Shown in pieces: positions 1 through 8,225 of a stretch of 35,188 nt of DNA. Under the pieces are notes generated by a model that worked only from the letters and a program-made list of their open reading frames with translations, was not told the origin of the DNA and did no database searches. Numbering within the stretch: position 1 is the first letter of the stretch; each line of letters begins with the position of its first letter. The stretch is from the NCBI GenBank assembly GCA_038064055.1, contig JBBTTW010000035.1, positions 1 through 35,188 of the forward strand, given 5' to 3'. A program made the position numbers and the translations under genes. This stretch comes from Patescibacteria group bacterium. GTDB taxonomy: Bacteria > Patescibacteriota > Minisyncoccia > Phycocordibacterales > JACOZG01.

Positions 1-12
1 TGTATGAGCATC

Positions 13-38
13 AAGCGCCCGCCAACCGGTGGGCGCTT
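13..38 (+). terminator. Rho-independent terminator, probably for a plus-strand gene left of the window; may also stop eno
   Basis: AAGCGCCCGCC-AACC-GGTGGGCGCTT 11-bp stem (one G-U) followed by TTCTTTTCTTT. Confidence 0.7.
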
Positions 39-47
39 TTCTTTTCT

Positions 48-1256
48 TTACACCATCTCCTGCTCCGCGATTTCAATTAGGCGTTCGTATTTGGCACGGC
101 GTTCGGGTGGGTTCGGGGAGCCCGCCTTGATGCCATCTGCCCCCACACCGACCGCGAGGTCGGCAATGAAGGCGTCGGGGGTGTCGCCCGAGCGGTGGGA
201 GATGATCACCCCCCACCCCGCCGCTTGCGCGAGTTTGACCGCCTCATAAGTCTCCGTCATCGTGCCGATTTGATTTGGTTTGATAATCACAGCATTGGCG
301 CCGCGGTGCTCAATCATCTTTTTAATCTCCGCCGGATTCGTGGTGGTGAGATCGTCGCCCACGATATCAATCCCCTGCCCCAACTTCACCACGATCTCCT
401 CGAAGCTCGCGAGATCATCTTCGGCGAAGGGGTCCTCAATGGAGGTGAGAGGAAATTTTTTGACCAGTTTTTCATAATGAGCGAGAAGTTCGCGAGGTTT
501 CAGATCTTGCCCCAAGACGCGGTAATGCCCGCGTTCTAAGAATTCCGACGCCGCGGCGTCGATGGCAAATTTGATTTCCGGACTTTCTCTTTTTGTTACC
601 TCGACGAGGAGTTCAAACGGCGCTTCGAGACTACCTAACTTCGGCGAGTAGCCACCTTCGTCGCCGAGGGACACTTCGCCATATCTCGCTTTAATTATTT
701 CGCCCAGCTGATCGAATATTTTATGAGCTTGATCGTAATTCGCCCGCGGCGACTGCCCGTCCAAGATGATCATGTACTCTTGGAAAGGCAGGAGGAAGTC
801 GGCATGCACGCCACCATTGATGATATTTAAATACCACTTAGGCAACTTCGGTCGCCACCCGCCACTCTCGGCAATCGATTGCCAGAGGGGCTTACCCGCG
901 AGCTTGGCCGTGAGACTGGCCACGGCCATCGAGATGCCGATCAGATTATTGCCGCCGAGGCGGCGCTTCTCCGGTGTGCCATCGAGCTCGAGTAAGGTTT
1001 GATCAATTTTAGTCTGGTCAACTTCAAGCCCGATTAAGGCTGGCTTAATTACTTCGTGGGCCAGCTTGATCGCCTGCTTCACCCCCACGCCGTCGGCGTC
1101 GCGGAGTTCCACCGCTTCGCGCCGGCCGGTGCTCTTGCCCGATGGCACGGCCACCCTTGTGGCCACTTCGCCACTCGAGAGCGCCACCGCAAGCGTTGGC
1201 CGGCCGCGCGAGTCGAGCGTCTCTTCAACCTTAAGATCAGTAATCGTTTTAGGCAT
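48..1256 (-). CDS. eno: Enolase
   Basis: 402 aa; DSRGRPT, PSGKSTG, GDEGG, DAAASEF, EDPF, VGDD, KPNQIG, SHRSG motifs. Confidence 0.98.
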   Translation of the reverse strand: MPKTITDLKVEETLDSRGRPTLAVALSSGEVATRVAVPSGKSTGRREAVELRDADGVGVKQAIKLAHEVIKPALIGLEVDQTKIDQTLLELDGTPEKRRLGGNNLIGISMAVASLTAKLAGKPLWQSIAESGGWRPKLPKWYLNIINGGVHADFLLPFQEYMIILDGQSPRANYDQAHKIFDQLGEIIKARYGEVSLGDEGGYSPKLGSLEAPFELLVEVTKRESPEIKFAIDAAASEFLERGHYRVLGQDLKPRELLAHYEKLVKKFPLTSIEDPFAEDDLASFEEIVVKLGQGIDIVGDDLTTTNPAEIKKMIEHRGANAVIIKPNQIGTMTETYEAVKLAQAAGWGVIISHRSGDTPDAFIADLAVGVGADGIKAGSPNPPERRAKYERLIEIAEQEMV

Positions 1257-3678
1257 TAGGTGTAGTGGCGGGAAGTGTCGCCTCTTCAGACGAGATCTCG
1301 CCGATCATCTTGATCACCGAGTCGGCGTTGAGCGAGATCGACTCGATCCCCTCGCGGACGAGGAAGCGGAGGAAGTCGGGGTAGTCGGAGGGCGCCTGGC
1401 CGCAGATGCCGATGTACTTACCGCGTCGGCGGCAAATCTTAATCACCTCGGAAATTAATTTCTTCACTGCCGGATCATTCTCATTGCCGATACCGCTCAA
1501 GACGCCAGCATCGCGATCGAGGCCAAGCGTGAGTTGCGTTAAGTCGTTCGAACCGATGGAGAAGCCGTCGAAGAGGTCGAGGAATTCTTCCGCGAGGAGC
1601 ACATTCGATGGGATCTCGCACATCATGTAGACCGGCGTCTTCGCCGCGTCGCTTCGCAAACCTTCGCGAGTGAGAATCTCAAGCACTTGTCGCGCTTCGC
1701 CCAGCGTCCGGCAGAAGGGCACCATCGGGATCACATTGTCGAGACCCATCTCGGCGCGCACCTGCTTCACCGCTCGGCATTCGAGGGCGAACGCCTCGCG
1801 GAACTTCGGGTCGTAGTAGCGCGAAGCGCCACGCCAACCGATCATCGGATTCTCCTCCGCCGGCTCGTAAGCCTCGCCGCCCAAGAGGGTGCGGTACTCA
1901 TTCGTCTTAAAGTCGGAGAAGCGGACGATAATCGGCCGCGGGTGGAATGCGGCGGCAATCTTGCCGATGCCATAGGCGAGCTTGTCCACATAGAAAGCAA
2001 GTGGATCTTCCCAACCGAGCATCCTTTTATCAATCTTTTCGCGTAGATCTTTTTCGAGAGTAGCGTAATTCAAGAGCGCAAGCGGGTGGAGTCCGATCTC
2101 GGACGCGATGATGAATTCTTCGCGCGCGAGGCCGACGCCGGCGACGGGTAGGAAGGACTTCTCGAAGGCGATGTCGGGGGTGGCAATGTTGACCATCACC
2201 TTCGTCTTCACCTGCGGCACGGCCTTCATGTCGTGCTCCACCACGCTAAACTTGAGCGCGCCGGAGTAGATGTAACCCGAGCTCCCCGTCGTATCGATCG
2301 TTACCAGGTCGCCGGTCTTAATTCGCTTCGTCGCCTTCTCCGTCCCCACCACGGCGGGGATGCCAAGCTCGCGCGAGACGATGGCGGCGTGACTCGTCCG
2401 CCCGCCCTTATCCGTCACGATGCCGGCGGCAATCTTCATAATCGGTTCCCAATCGGGATCCGTCATATCGGTGACCAAGATCTCACCAGCTTGGAAACGG
2501 CCGATGTGCTTGGCATCAAGGATCACTCGCGCCTTACCCGTCGCTACCGCCGTCCCAACCGACACGCCGGAGACGAGCGCCTTACCCGTTTCCTCGAGCC
2601 TATACTCTTTCAACTTAGAGAAGTCCTTGGCCGCCTGGATCGTCTCCGGCCGCGCTTGGACGATGAAGAGTTCCCCCGTCTTCCCATCCTTCGCCCATTC
2701 GAGATCCATTGGCGTCCACTTGCCGTGCTTGGCCGTGTAATGATTCTCAATGATCACCCCCCAGCGCGCGAGTGTTAGCACCTCCTCATTATTTAAAACA
2801 AAGGTGGTCTTCTCCTTACCCTTGGTGGCGATAATCTTAACCGGCCGGATCCCCTTCCGACCGAAAGAGTAGACCATCTTCCGCGCCTTGACCCCCAGAC
2901 GCTTGTCGATAATCGGCACGAAGTTCTGATTGAGCTTCGGTTTGTAAACAAAGAATTCATCCGGACTCACTTCGCCCTGCACGATCATCTCGCCCAACCC
3001 CCACGAGCCGTTGATGATAAGCAAATCTTTAAAACCCGATTCGGTATCGACGGTAAACATGACTCCCGACGCCCCGAGGTCGGAGCGCACCATATGCTGG
3101 ATGGTGACGGAGAGCGCCACCTTCATATGATCGAAGCCCTTATCGACGCGGTAAGAGATGGCGCGATCGGTGAAGAGTGAGGCCATGGCCGAGCGCACGG
3201 CGCGAGTGACGTCAGGAGCGCCGCGAATACCGAGGTAAGTATCGTGCTCACCGGCGAAGCTCGCGCCGGGCAAGTCTTCCGCCGTCGCACTCGAGCGCAC
3301 CGCCACATCCACGTCCTTGCCGTAACGCTCCTCCATCTTGGCATAGCGCTCATTAATCGCGGCCAGAAGATCGGGTGGAAACTCGGCCGCCAAGATCTCG
3401 CGCCGCACCGCTTTGCCGATCTTCGCCAGTTGGCGGAGATCCTTGGTATCAAGCGGGGTGAGGAGCTCGAGAATCTTCTTGTCGAGCCCAGTCGCGGCGA
3501 GGAAGTGAGTGTAGGCCGTGGCGGTGACAACGAAGCCACTCGGCACCTTGACCCCCTGACCCCCGAGCTCGCGGATCATCTCGCCGAGCGAAGCATTCTT
3601 GCCGCCGACCAGAGCCACGTCATCGATCCCTACCTCTTCGAGCCAAAGTACGAGCGCCTGCTTTTTATCTTCTGTCAT
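1249..3678 (-). CDS. ppsA: Phosphoenolpyruvate synthase (pyruvate,water dikinase)
   Basis: 809 aa; VGGKNASLGEM, VAVRSSATAEDLPGASFAG, QARPET, GGRTSHAAIVSRELG (phospho-His), EENPMIGWRG, IGSNDLTQ, GICGQAPSD. Confidence 0.97.
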   Translation of the reverse strand: MTEDKKQALVLWLEEVGIDDVALVGGKNASLGEMIRELGGQGVKVPSGFVVTATAYTHFLAATGLDKKILELLTPLDTKDLRQLAKIGKAVRREILAAEFPPDLLAAINERYAKMEERYGKDVDVAVRSSATAEDLPGASFAGEHDTYLGIRGAPDVTRAVRSAMASLFTDRAISYRVDKGFDHMKVALSVTIQHMVRSDLGASGVMFTVDTESGFKDLLIINGSWGLGEMIVQGEVSPDEFFVYKPKLNQNFVPIIDKRLGVKARKMVYSFGRKGIRPVKIIATKGKEKTTFVLNNEEVLTLARWGVIIENHYTAKHGKWTPMDLEWAKDGKTGELFIVQARPETIQAAKDFSKLKEYRLEETGKALVSGVSVGTAVATGKARVILDAKHIGRFQAGEILVTDMTDPDWEPIMKIAAGIVTDKGGRTSHAAIVSRELGIPAVVGTEKATKRIKTGDLVTIDTTGSSGYIYSGALKFSVVEHDMKAVPQVKTKVMVNIATPDIAFEKSFLPVAGVGLAREEFIIASEIGLHPLALLNYATLEKDLREKIDKRMLGWEDPLAFYVDKLAYGIGKIAAAFHPRPIIVRFSDFKTNEYRTLLGGEAYEPAEENPMIGWRGASRYYDPKFREAFALECRAVKQVRAEMGLDNVIPMVPFCRTLGEARQVLEILTREGLRSDAAKTPVYMMCEIPSNVLLAEEFLDLFDGFSIGSNDLTQLTLGLDRDAGVLSGIGNENDPAVKKLISEVIKICRRRGKYIGICGQAPSDYPDFLRFLVREGIESISLNADSVIKMIGEISSEEATLPATTPNA

Positions 3679-3680
3679 AA

Positions 3681-5021
3681 TTATTTAAACTTAACCGCGA
3701 TTAATAAATCCGATACATTACTTCCGGTTTGACCCGTCACCAATTGCCCCTCTCCCATCGCCTCGAAGAAGCCGATCGAATCATGGCGCGCGAGATAGGT
3801 CTCGGGCGCGAGATCCTTCGCCTCGGCCAGTTGCCGAAGCGGCACGTCGACGATCGCGCCGGCGTAGTCGCTGTTGTCGCGCCCGTCGGAGGCGAGTGCG
3901 AGCACCACTTCTCCCTCGCCAAGCGCGGTGAGGGCCGAGAGTCCAAGTTCGTGATTGCGCCCACCCCCACGCCTTGGACGGGAGACACCCCGAGAGAGCA
4001 CGCCGGTCTCATTGGTGGCGAACTTAACGGTCGTCTCGCCGCCGTAGAGGTGGACGCTTTTTGGCGGCGCCGAGCGGAGCGAGGCGACTACCTCCGCCCC
4101 CACCAAACTCGCTTCGCCAGTAAGTTGCTTATTTTTTATCTCCGGAGTCAATCCAGCCTCTTGTGACGCCTTGGCCATCGCCTCAAGAGCCAAGCCGTTT
4201 GAGACGATCAGCACATTCCTGACTCGGTCGAAGTATTGAGCTTCTTTCGGCGTCTCGATGAGCCCGCAATGCTCGAGACCACAAGTGCGGAGGATGCCAT
4301 ACTTCTCAAGCACGAGATCGGCGTCGGCCACGGTGGTGTCATCACGGTAAGTGGGCCCCGAAGCCACGAAGGTGAGGTCATCACCGGGTACGTCGGAGAA
4401 GATGAGCCCCACCACCTGCGCCGGGTAAGCCGCTTTAGCCAAGTGCCCGCCGCGCGCGAGCGACATGTGCTTGCGCACTACATTCAAATCTTGGATCGTC
4501 GCTCCCGCTTCGAAGAGCGCCGTCACGATCAGCTTCTCCTCAAGGCAGGTGCCATCATTCTCCGGCAAGCAGAGCAGAGTCGAGCCGCCACCCGAGACGA
4601 TGGCGATCACTAGGTCGTCAATCGTTAAATTTTGGAGAAGCTTCATTAACTTACCGGTGATGGCGATGTTCTCATCCGAGGGGAAGGGGTGAGTGCCGGC
4701 GAAGCATTCGATCTTCTTAAGGGTGCAGGTGTTTGATTTCGTTACATCGATCACGAGCCCGCCGGTGAGATGCTCGCCCAAGATCACCTCGAGTTCTTCG
4801 GCGGCGGCAATGGCGCACTTACCCACGCCGACGACGAAGACGTGCGGCGGGAGCTTGATGCCTGCCACTTCACCGGCCAATTCCAACACTCCGTCTTTAA
4901 TCTTAACTCGCTCGCGCACCGCCAGACGAGTGTCGATGGCCGCGAGTCCGACTTCAGCCAAATCGAGGACGAAACGACGTTCGGCGCTGGTGGCCAGCGC
5001 CTCAAGATTCTTAATCTTCAT
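3681..5021 (-). CDS. Glycerate 2-kinase, MOFRL/DUF4147 family
   Basis: 446 aa; GVGKCA, HPFPS, SGGGSTLL, LNVVRKHMS, SDVPGDD, ASGPT, GGETTV, GGRN, SDGRD, TGQTGSNVSD. Confidence 0.92.
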   Translation of the reverse strand: MKIKNLEALATSAERRFVLDLAEVGLAAIDTRLAVRERVKIKDGVLELAGEVAGIKLPPHVFVVGVGKCAIAAAEELEVILGEHLTGGLVIDVTKSNTCTLKKIECFAGTHPFPSDENIAITGKLMKLLQNLTIDDLVIAIVSGGGSTLLCLPENDGTCLEEKLIVTALFEAGATIQDLNVVRKHMSLARGGHLAKAAYPAQVVGLIFSDVPGDDLTFVASGPTYRDDTTVADADLVLEKYGILRTCGLEHCGLIETPKEAQYFDRVRNVLIVSNGLALEAMAKASQEAGLTPEIKNKQLTGEASLVGAEVVASLRSAPPKSVHLYGGETTVKFATNETGVLSRGVSRPRRGGGRNHELGLSALTALGEGEVVLALASDGRDNSDYAGAIVDVPLRQLAEAKDLAPETYLARHDSIGFFEAMGEGQLVTGQTGSNVSDLLIAVKFK

Positions 5022-5028
5022 ACCCTTA

Positions 5029-5037
5029 ATTATAGCA
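5029..5037 (-). promoter_or_regulatory. Extended -10 promoter (TGcTATAAT) for glycerate kinase-ppsA-eno, 7 nt before ATG
   Basis: Minus strand reads TGCTATAAT-TAAGGGT-ATG. Confidence 0.7.
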
Positions 5038-5039
5038 AA

Positions 5040-6173
5040 TTAGGCGTCTCGACCAATGGCCTCGGCCAGATGATTCAAACCGTCCCGTCTTAACAATTTG
5101 ATCAAACCGAGGCTGATTTCCCCTGGTAGTTGCGGCCCTTCATAGATTAGGCCGGTTATAAGCTGGACGAGAGTGGCGCCGAGCCTGATCTTCGTATAAG
5201 CGTCGGCGGCGGAGAAGATGCCACCGCAACCGATGATGACGAGCCGCTCGCCGAACTCGCGGTAAGTCAGCCGGATGAGTTCGTTCGAGCGCGCCGCCGT
5301 CGGCCGGCCGCTGAAGTGCCCCTTACCCGCGCGGGCGACTTCCGCCGGTTGCAAGCTTGGGTCTTGACGATTACTCTGCAGATTACCGAAGATTACGCCG
5401 GCCACGGAGAAGGTACTCACCACTCGAAGCATCGCCCGCGTTTCCTCGTCCGACCGCGTGATCGGCATTTTGATAAAGAGCGGCCGATGCAACCTTAAGC
5501 CGGTGACGGCCGCGAGCAACTCCCGCAAGTGCTCCGGCTCGTAGAACTCAATATTCCCCTTCAGGTTGGGGCAACTGATGTTCAATTCATAATAAGCAAA
5601 GTTGGGTTGAGTAGCCGCTTCGGCTTGGCGGAAAGCGGCGACGACGTCGGCCACCGCCTCGGCCTGATTCTTGATCTCGAGAGTGTTCGTCTTGCCCAAG
5701 CTCAAGCCAACCGGTGAGGCAAAGTGGCGCGCCGCGAATCGGTTCAAAATTATTTTAATTCCCTCGTTCTTGAAACCCTTATTCACGAGCAGTGAGCGTG
5801 ATTGGACGAGGCGCCCGAGTCGCGGTGGCGCATTACCCTCGTAAGCCTTATTGGTAATCGTGCCCACAGTGCCGAAGCCGAAGCCAAGCGAAGGTAAGAT
5901 TTGGGTCAGCCGGCCTTCGTAATCGAAGCCGGCGGCCAAGCCGACCGGCGTGCGAAAGTCGATCCCCGCCACCGTCTGGCGTAAAAGCGGTGACTCCACC
6001 CGCCAAAGGCGGTCGAGGAAGGAGCGCGCGGCGGAGTAACGCCCGAACCACTCCCCCGCGCGGGTAAGCGCGTGGTGAATGACTTCCGAGTCAAACAAGA
6101 AGAAGATGGGCCGCGCCAGATAGCGGTAACCGAAAGAACTAACTCCTAGTGCCAGCAGTTTGAATCGCGGCAT
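5040..6173 (-). CDS. pyrD: Class 2 (quinone-type) dihydroorotate dehydrogenase-like flavoprotein with atypical active-site motifs
   Basis: 377 aa; N-terminal amphipathic extension (ARPIFFLFDSEVIHH), PVGLAAGFD, GTIT, GNAPPRL, NISCPN, IIGCGGI, GATLVQLITGLIYEGP. Confidence 0.85.
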   Translation of the reverse strand: MPRFKLLALGVSSFGYRYLARPIFFLFDSEVIHHALTRAGEWFGRYSAARSFLDRLWRVESPLLRQTVAGIDFRTPVGLAAGFDYEGRLTQILPSLGFGFGTVGTITNKAYEGNAPPRLGRLVQSRSLLVNKGFKNEGIKIILNRFAARHFASPVGLSLGKTNTLEIKNQAEAVADVVAAFRQAEAATQPNFAYYELNISCPNLKGNIEFYEPEHLRELLAAVTGLRLHRPLFIKMPITRSDEETRAMLRVVSTFSVAGVIFGNLQSNRQDPSLQPAEVARAGKGHFSGRPTAARSNELIRLTYREFGERLVIIGCGGIFSAADAYTKIRLGATLVQLITGLIYEGPQLPGEISLGLIKLLRRDGLNHLAEAIGRDA

Positions 6174-6606
6174 AAGATTTGACCCGAGCTAAAACGATTG
6201 AACCAAGAATGAAGAGTGAGATCGAGATGATGGCTGAAAACATGCAGTAGATGCAAATACTTTTGAGCACGAAGAGCTGGAGCGAGACGAGGTAGAGCGA
6301 CATGAGGAAGCCGATGAGAGTGAGCTTGGCGGCGCGGATAAAGAGCGAGAGTCGCGCCGCGAGCAAGTGGTCGAAGGTGATGATGAGAATGAGGAGGTAG
6401 TAAACGGCGCCGAAGAGCGAGAGCGGGATGCTGAAGAGATTATTGTACTCACTCGTCAGCACGGCTTCGCAACCGGAAGTAAGCGAGCAAGGTGGGACGA
6501 CGTTGCGGTAATGCTCGATGGTAAGGTAAGTCGCGTCTAAGAAGCCAAGAAAGCCAAGGATGAGGATGGCGATCGCCAACGGCTTAATTGCTTTAGTTAG
6601 TGGCAT
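6139..6606 (-). CDS. Vitamin K epoxide reductase (VKOR) family membrane protein
   Basis: Loop cysteines CSLTSGC, VLTSEY, CIYC redox motif, several TM helices; ATG at 6606 preferred to the TTG at 6615. Confidence 0.93.
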   Translation of the reverse strand: MPLTKAIKPLAIAILILGFLGFLDATYLTIEHYRNVVPPCSLTSGCEAVLTSEYNNLFSIPLSLFGAVYYLLILIITFDHLLAARLSLFIRAAKLTLIGFLMSLYLVSLQLFVLKSICIYCMFSAIISISLFILGSIVLARVKSYAAIQTAGTRS

Positions 6607-7396
6607 GGCTTGCAATACTATCGGCGATCAACTTTTTAAACTCGTCGTAATCGCCCGGCATCTTGGTAATCTTCTGCCCGTTTAAGAAGAAGGTGGGGGT
6701 GCTGTTGACGAGGAGTTTGAAGCCCTCATCCCGATTAGATTCGACACGGTCGGCGATGGCGCTTGAGTCGAAGTCGGTGGCAAACTTACTCTCATCAAGA
6801 CCGAGGGTTTTGGCATAACCGGCGAAGATCTTGTTGGCACCACTCTTCCCTTCCCAACTCTCTTGATTATCAAAAAGGAAATCGGCCATCTCCCAGAACT
6901 TACCTTGGCGACCGGCCGCTTCCGCCGCCGCGGCGGCGGCCGTAGCATTGCGATGTTGAGAGAGCGGGAAGTGGCGATAGACGAAGGCGAAGTCGGCGCC
7001 GAGGTCGTCGACGAGTCGCTTCACCACTGGCGCGTAAGCGGCGCAGGCGGGGCACTCGAAGTCACTGTACTCAACGAGCACCGTGACGGCCTCGCGATTG
7101 CCGCGCACCCAATCATCGGCTCGCGGCTTGGTTAGGTCAAAACCGGAGGTGGTGCTGGTGGCCGTGCCGGAGTCGCCCGAGTCGGAGTTGGAAACGAGAA
7201 CGGACAAGCCCCAGACACTAAGACCAATGACGATGATGACGATAAGCCAAGGGAGGAACTTGCGCTTCAAGCGGCCAGTTTGACCGGCCGACTGCCGTGC
7301 CAGTTTGGCTAGTCGTCGGCGTTCGCGCTTGCTTTGGGGATCATTATTACCCCCCACCCCTTGAGCCACAGCGTTTTGATCGTTATTGTTTTCCAT
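6593..7396 (-). CDS. Membrane-anchored DsbA-family thiol:disulfide oxidoreductase
   Basis: 267 aa; basic N-terminus then one TM helix; EYSDFECPAC, YRHFPL, QGKFWEM, STPTFFLNG. Confidence 0.94.
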   Translation of the reverse strand: MENNNDQNAVAQGVGGNNDPQSKRERRRLAKLARQSAGQTGRLKRKFLPWLIVIIVIGLSVWGLSVLVSNSDSGDSGTATSTTSGFDLTKPRADDWVRGNREAVTVLVEYSDFECPACAAYAPVVKRLVDDLGADFAFVYRHFPLSQHRNATAAAAAAEAAGRQGKFWEMADFLFDNQESWEGKSGANKIFAGYAKTLGLDESKFATDFDSSAIADRVESNRDEGFKLLVNSTPTFFLNGQKITKMPGDYDEFKKLIADSIASHATN

Positions 7397-7401
7397 CTCC
7401 T

Positions 7402-7430
7402 ATTCTAAAATATCCCTCTCCGCTTGTCGA
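7402..7430 (-). promoter_or_regulatory. Sigma70-type promoter for dsbA-VKOR-pyrD
   Basis: TCGACA-17 nt-TAGAAT, 5 nt (AGGAG) before ATG. Confidence 0.6.
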
Positions 7431-7449
7431 TTGACTAATCCCCCCAACC

Positions 7450-7503
7450 CCGACCCTTTGTGCAAAGGACTACCCTTGGTCGGATACTACCCTTGGTCGG
7501 ATA
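7450..7503. repeat. Palindrome CCTTTG-TG-CAAAGG plus perfect 17-bp tandem duplication ACTACCCTTGGTCGGAT
   Basis: Copies at 7469-7485 and 7486-7502; CCGACC (7450-7455) is also inverted relative to GGTCGG. Confidence 0.9.
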
Positions 7504-7714
7504 ACTCTTGAGGCTTCTTCTTCCAGAATTTAAATTTATTAAAAAACAAAATCCGGACACCCAATAATTCAAGACCGAGAACGGCCAGCCAGGAGCCGGG
7601 CGTAAGTGGGGTGAAGAGGGCGGCCAGTCCTGCGAGAATTAAGATAATTCCAATTATTTTTTTAATTTTCGGCTTATCCCGAGTGTAGTCCTTAATGATC
7701 GCAAGTAGTTTCAT
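7487..7714 (-). CDS. Small membrane protein, PGPGW-like
   Basis: 75 aa; hydrophobic hairpin GIILILAGLAALFTPLTPGSWLAVLGLELLG; upstream GAAAGAAG and TGcTAAACT (7742-7750); stop codon lies inside the repeat. Confidence 0.75.
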   Translation of the reverse strand: MKLLAIIKDYTRDKPKIKKIIGIILILAGLAALFTPLTPGSWLAVLGLELLGVRILFFNKFKFWKKKPQELSDQG

Positions 7715-7766
7715 AAACTTCTTTCAAAAGTTTGTGATATCAGTTTAGCAAAAAATGAGGCATTTG

Positions 7767-7796
7767 TTTGTACAACGAACTACACTTGGTCGGATA
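7767..7796. repeat. Diverged third copy of the 7457-7486 repeat
   Basis: TTTGTACAACGAACTACACTTGGTCGGATA vs TTTGTGCAAAGGACTACCCTTGGTCGGATA (26/30). Confidence 0.85.
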
Positions 7797-7894
7797 AGTT
7801 TAGACTAGACAATATTTATGCTAAACTGCTTACATTATTCAAACAACGACATGACGTCGAATAAGTCTACGTCTTACGTCTTGAAGTAAAAAAC

Positions 7895-8173
7895 ATGGAA
7901 ACAGTTAAATTTAAGATGACTTTTAAAAATTCGTGGTGGCAATGTTTAGTGGCAATTTTTTTATTCAAACCCATTGGAATGATTACTACCATCGTAATCA
8001 TATCAGCTTTTAGTGGCGTTGGACTTACGGGAGAAATAGGCCAGGATATAGAGGATATCTCCAACATAATAGCTATCATTTTAGTTCTGTGGCTTGCTCG
8101 TTATTTATCTAAAAAGACATGGGAAAGAAAACAGAAAAAGCTAGCTGCCTTAAGTAATACTCAGAATAATTAA
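7895..8173 (+). CDS. Hypothetical membrane protein
   Basis: 92 aa, AT-rich, hydrophobic segments and basic C-tail; TGcTAAACT at 7819-7827 upstream. Confidence 0.65.
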   Translation: METVKFKMTFKNSWWQCLVAIFLFKPIGMITTIVIISAFSGVGLTGEIGQDIEDISNIIAIILVLWLARYLSKKTWERKQKKLAALSNTQNN

Positions 8174-8186
8174 ATACCACCAAAAT

Positions 8187-8212
8187 TAACCCTTTGTACG
8201 TAGGAAGGGTTA
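8187..8212. terminator. Probable bidirectional terminator between convergent genes
   Basis: TAACCCTT...AAGGGTTA 8-bp inverted repeat with A/T tracts on both sides. Confidence 0.55.
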
Positions 8213-8225
8213 CTTTTAGTTAGAC

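Noticed and set aside
6139-6180. Programmed frameshift fusing VKOR to PyrD
   Set aside because: No slippery sequence at the overlap and pyrD has its own ATG; translational coupling is enough
7469-7796. CRISPR array from the ACTACCCTTGGTCGGAT repeats
   Set aside because: Two copies are adjacent with no spacer, the third is ~300 bp away, and there are no cas genes
7847-7880. GACGTC/TACGTCT short repeats upstream of the 92-aa ORF
   Set aside because: Short imperfect hairpin with no second occurrence; cannot be told from chance
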